A DNA stretch of 64,000 nt from Octopus bimaculoides (taxonomy: Eukaryota): the NCBI RefSeq assembly GCF_001194135.2, contig NC_068981.1, positions 20,692,042 to 20,756,041 on the forward strand, written 5' to 3'. The position numbers and the translations under genes are program-made. This document shows, one piece after another, positions 60,553 through 64,000 of the stretch (within the stretch, counting starts at the first letter, position 1; each line of letters opens with the position of its first letter). The notes below the pieces were generated by a model. It did no database searches. It was not told where the DNA came from and worked only from the letters and a program-made list of their open reading frames with translations.

Positions 60553-61249
60553 TTTTTTCAGCACACAATTTCAGATCAAGTCACTTGCTATGCAAGTACA
60601 TCTCTGTAATAATGTATGTATGTATGTATGTATGTATGTATATGTGTGTATGTATGTATGTACACCCACATAGATATGGCCTTTGTCATCTGTTAACATG
60701 AATATCTTCACCAGAAAGTTCCTCTCCAAAGCACAGACATGAGCAAGAGTTTTTGGTGGGATGGCCAGTGATGGAAGACTAGTAATTTCCATGCAAGTTT
60801 TCCTTCTCCAAGTCACCAATGTTCTCAAAGAGAAAGGTTTAGCTGATATAAATTGGCACTAATATTGTCATAAGTGCTGCCAGCAAAATATAGAAGACCA
60901 AGACAGATAATGCAAACCATTGGTGCCTAGCAATTCTAAAACTTCCAATCCACCAGTCTGAATTAGTGCTTTTTAGAGGCACCAAAATGACCAAAGGCAA
61001 AATTAACCTTGATGGGATTTGAAATCAGAACACAGAAAGTCAGAACTAATACTAATGCATTCTATTCAACACTTTAACAATCATCACCACCTGATGATGA
61101 TGACTAAGTGAGATTCAGGTAAAATCCTTGTAGAATGCATTCTGCAAATGGTGTACAAGAAAATGACTATGCAACAGGTCACCTGTGAACTCCATGTCTA
61201 AGAATGTACTGAAACAATTGTAGTGATTTTAAATTTAAAATGTCATTAA

Positions 61250-62290
61250 TTCCATTTTCTGCCATTTGTATACATTATATCTGGACTCATAAGAGGTGTA
61301 GTGGTATCACAGGAAGGTTAATGGAGAAAATAGTCTTTGTATGTAGCAAACGTGCAAGTACAATATGCACAAAAATGTGCAGAGAATAGACTCCCTCAAA
61401 TGCCCGATGGGATCATGAGAAGTAGTAGATAGCTTCTGTTACTTTAGGTGACTGAATTAGCAGTGGAGGAGGGAGTTCTGAAAGTGTAGTTGCTAGAATG
61501 AGAATTGGCTGGGCAAAGTTCAGTGAGCTTCTACCTTTGTTAGTAACTAAAGGCCTCTCTCTCCCAGAGGGAAGGGCAGATGGCATGATGCCTGTGTACG
61601 TACAGCTATGCTACATGATGGTGAAACATGGGCCTTGACTACAGAGGACTTGCAAAGGCTTGAAAGTAATGAAGCTAGCATGCTCCACTGGATGGGTAAT
61701 GTCAGTGTACACACAACAGCGTGTGAGTGATTTAAGAGGAAAACTGGGTTATAAGAGATATCAGATGTTGTGTGCAAGAGAGAAGACTGTACTGGTTTGG
61801 TCACATGATGCATATGGATGAGGACAGTTGTGTAAAGAAGTATGAAGCTCTAATTGTGGAGGGAACATGTGGAAGGGGTCGACCTAGAAACACATGGGAT
61901 GAAGTGGTAAGAAAGGGCCTTCAGATATTGGGCTTCACTGAGGAAATGAAAAGAGACTGGGAGTTGTGGTGATTTGTTGTACTTGAGAAGACGTGTCAAG
62001 CCAAGTAAAATTGATGTCATCCATACATACAGGCTTATCCTTTACAGGTGCCGGTGCCACATAAAATGCACTTGTGTCAATACTGTGTAAACGCACCCAT
62101 GCCGGTGGTACATAAAAAGCATCCAGCACACTCTGTAAAGTGGTTGACATTAGGGAGGGCATCCATCCATAGAAACTATGCCACAACAGACAATTTGGAA
62201 TCTGAAGAGCTCCCCAGCTGGAAAGCTCCTGTCAAACTGTCCAACCCATGCCAGTATCGAAAACAGACATTAAACAATGATGATGATAAT
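61250..62290 (+). mobile_element. Degenerate RTE LINE: ORF C-terminus continuous with 3' UTR and GAT tail
   Basis: VVDSFCYLGD, VARMRIGWAKFSELLPLLVTKGL, ETWALT, QERRLYWFGHMMHMDEDSCVKK, VEGTCGRGRPRNTWDEVV; stop at caagccaagtaa; tail ...attaaacaatgatgatgat. Confidence 0.88.
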
Positions 62291-63189
62291 ATACATAGGT
62301 AAGAAGTTTTAACTCAACAGAGGATATCTTAAGTCATTCATTTCAATTAAGGTGTAAGTAACAAAAGAGCTACATGAAAATTGACAAACGACTATAAATA
62401 ATTCAAATCAGCAAGAAAAGTCCCTTGTGAAAGAAAAGAGCTGAAAAATTCGACATGCCCACATTAAATAAGCTATAGTTATACTGCATGACAGCTTTAC
62501 AAGTTTCTCACATATACATAACTAATTGCTATTCATTTTCTGGGTTTTTGCTCTAGATCATAAACAAAAAATTTCAATAAAGTACAAGACAGTGTTAAAT
62601 GGTGGTGGGGTAGCCTATTTACTGGTGGTTCAGTGACTATAAGATTGCCTACTACTTTTCAAATGATGTAAGGGTAAGTTGTTCGGTTCATTCAATATAA
62701 AGTTTATAAATGTTGATACGACAGAATTAGTAGAACTTATAGATAGGTGATCAATTGCCATAGTATCTTGTAAATGTCTTAAATACCAAATGAACTCTCA
62801 ATGCAGGTACTTACACAAAAGGTACAGTACAGCGATAGCAGGCCAAATGAATTGACCTCGCGTGCTGGATCTGGCCTGTGGGCTATAGTTTGGTTACCAC
62901 TGTGCTATAGGTACAAGGCCTAAAATTTGGGGGGAGGGAACTAGTCAACTCCAGTGCACCACAGATATTTATTTCATCGAATACTGAAAGGATGAAAAGC
63001 AAAGGTGACCATAACACAATTTTAACTCATCTTGTAAAGACAAACAAAATGCCACTAAGCATTTGGTCTGGTATGCTGACAATTCTGCCAGCTCACCACC
63101 TTAATAATAATAATAATAATGGTTTCAAATTTAGCACAAGGCCATCATGTTCAGAGGAGAGAGCAAGTTAATTACATCAACCTCAGTGC

Positions 63190-64000
63190 TCATCATCATC
63201 ATCATCATCATTTAACATCCGTGTTCCATGCTAGCATGGGTGAGACAGTACCACAAGAGCTGGCTAGGCTAAAACCTGCACCAGATTCCTGTGACTGTTC
63301 TGGATACCCTTCCTAACACCAACCACTCAGCAGAGTGAACTTAGTGCTTTTTACATGGCCCAAGCACAGACAAGGTCAGTTTTGACAAGATTTTTGCAGC
63401 TGAATGCCCTTCTTAACACCAACCACTTTACAGTGTGGAGTGGGTGCGTTGAAGTGGCACCTGCACTAACAGGGTCACCAAGCACTTGCAAGACAAAAAC
63501 TTTTAAGCGGGGAGGAGGCATTGGAGTAGGTGATGATGAAAAGGTTGCAGTGAGACTGATACAGGTGTCTTGCTGTAGAGGAAGTACAAAGTTACTTGGC
63601 CAGAGAGAGAAATATCAGGAATGAAGACAGAAACAGGTGTGCTACCACAAAGGAAATACATGGCTGTCCAACCTGAGGGAAGTGCAGGAGAAGGAGAGAG
63701 GGGGGAGGGGGAGGAGAGAGAGACTGCAGGATGTAGAGGGTGGCAAAATGCTGGGCATACTCAAAAGGAACAGGGGCCAGAGTATAAATGAGATGGTTGA
63801 GTAAAGGAAGAGAGAGATAGAGATAGTGGCAAGTGCCAGGGCATACCCTTGAGGCTCAAATGCCATAATATAAGTGACAGGATATTGCAAAGGGAGTGTG
63901 ATTAAAGAGTGCAAGTAAGTGGTGAAAGACCTGGGTATAAATACAGTTGGAGGGGCTACCGGATAGCAATGATACAGAGGAACGGGGTTTGAGGACAGGA
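63190..64000 (-). mobile_element. RTE-like tails plus skewed body, runs off the window
   Basis: (CAT)n tail, two core fragments, gtgtcttgctgtagaggaag body. Confidence 0.55.

Noticed and set aside
53408-64000. First coding exon of the long ATP9 isoform
   Set aside because: No non-repeat CpG-rich patch or convincing ATG-to-phase-2 donor found; probably beyond the window end

Overview
AT-rich, CpG-depleted, repeat-dense animal genomic DNA with assembly gaps. The SINE/LINE and microsatellite spectrum resembles octopod cephalopods (inference). The window lies inside one minus-strand gene, a class II P4-ATPase of the ATP9A/ATP9B (Neo1/TAT-5) family. I could join 16 GT-AG exons (53407 down to 2471, 2116 nt, about 705 codons) into one open frame carrying DGET, PISL, DKTGT and KGAD. 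The first coding exon and the C-terminal third lie outside the window. Introns hold RTE LINE remnants (one very young subfamily), tRNA-derived SINEs, CR1/L2 remnants, several MITE types, a decayed Ty3/Gypsy LTR-gag-protease relic missed by the ORF track, and minisatellites. The most interesting signal is a CpG-rich island (about 34.3-39.5 kb) inside the 32.7-kb intron. It holds up to three candidate alternative 5' exons whose donors are all phase-compatible with the exon at 20546. This suggests internal promoters making short, ATP9A-like N-termini from an ATP9B-like gene. It is a hypothesis that needs transcript data. No CRISPR, rRNA or true tRNA genes are supported.
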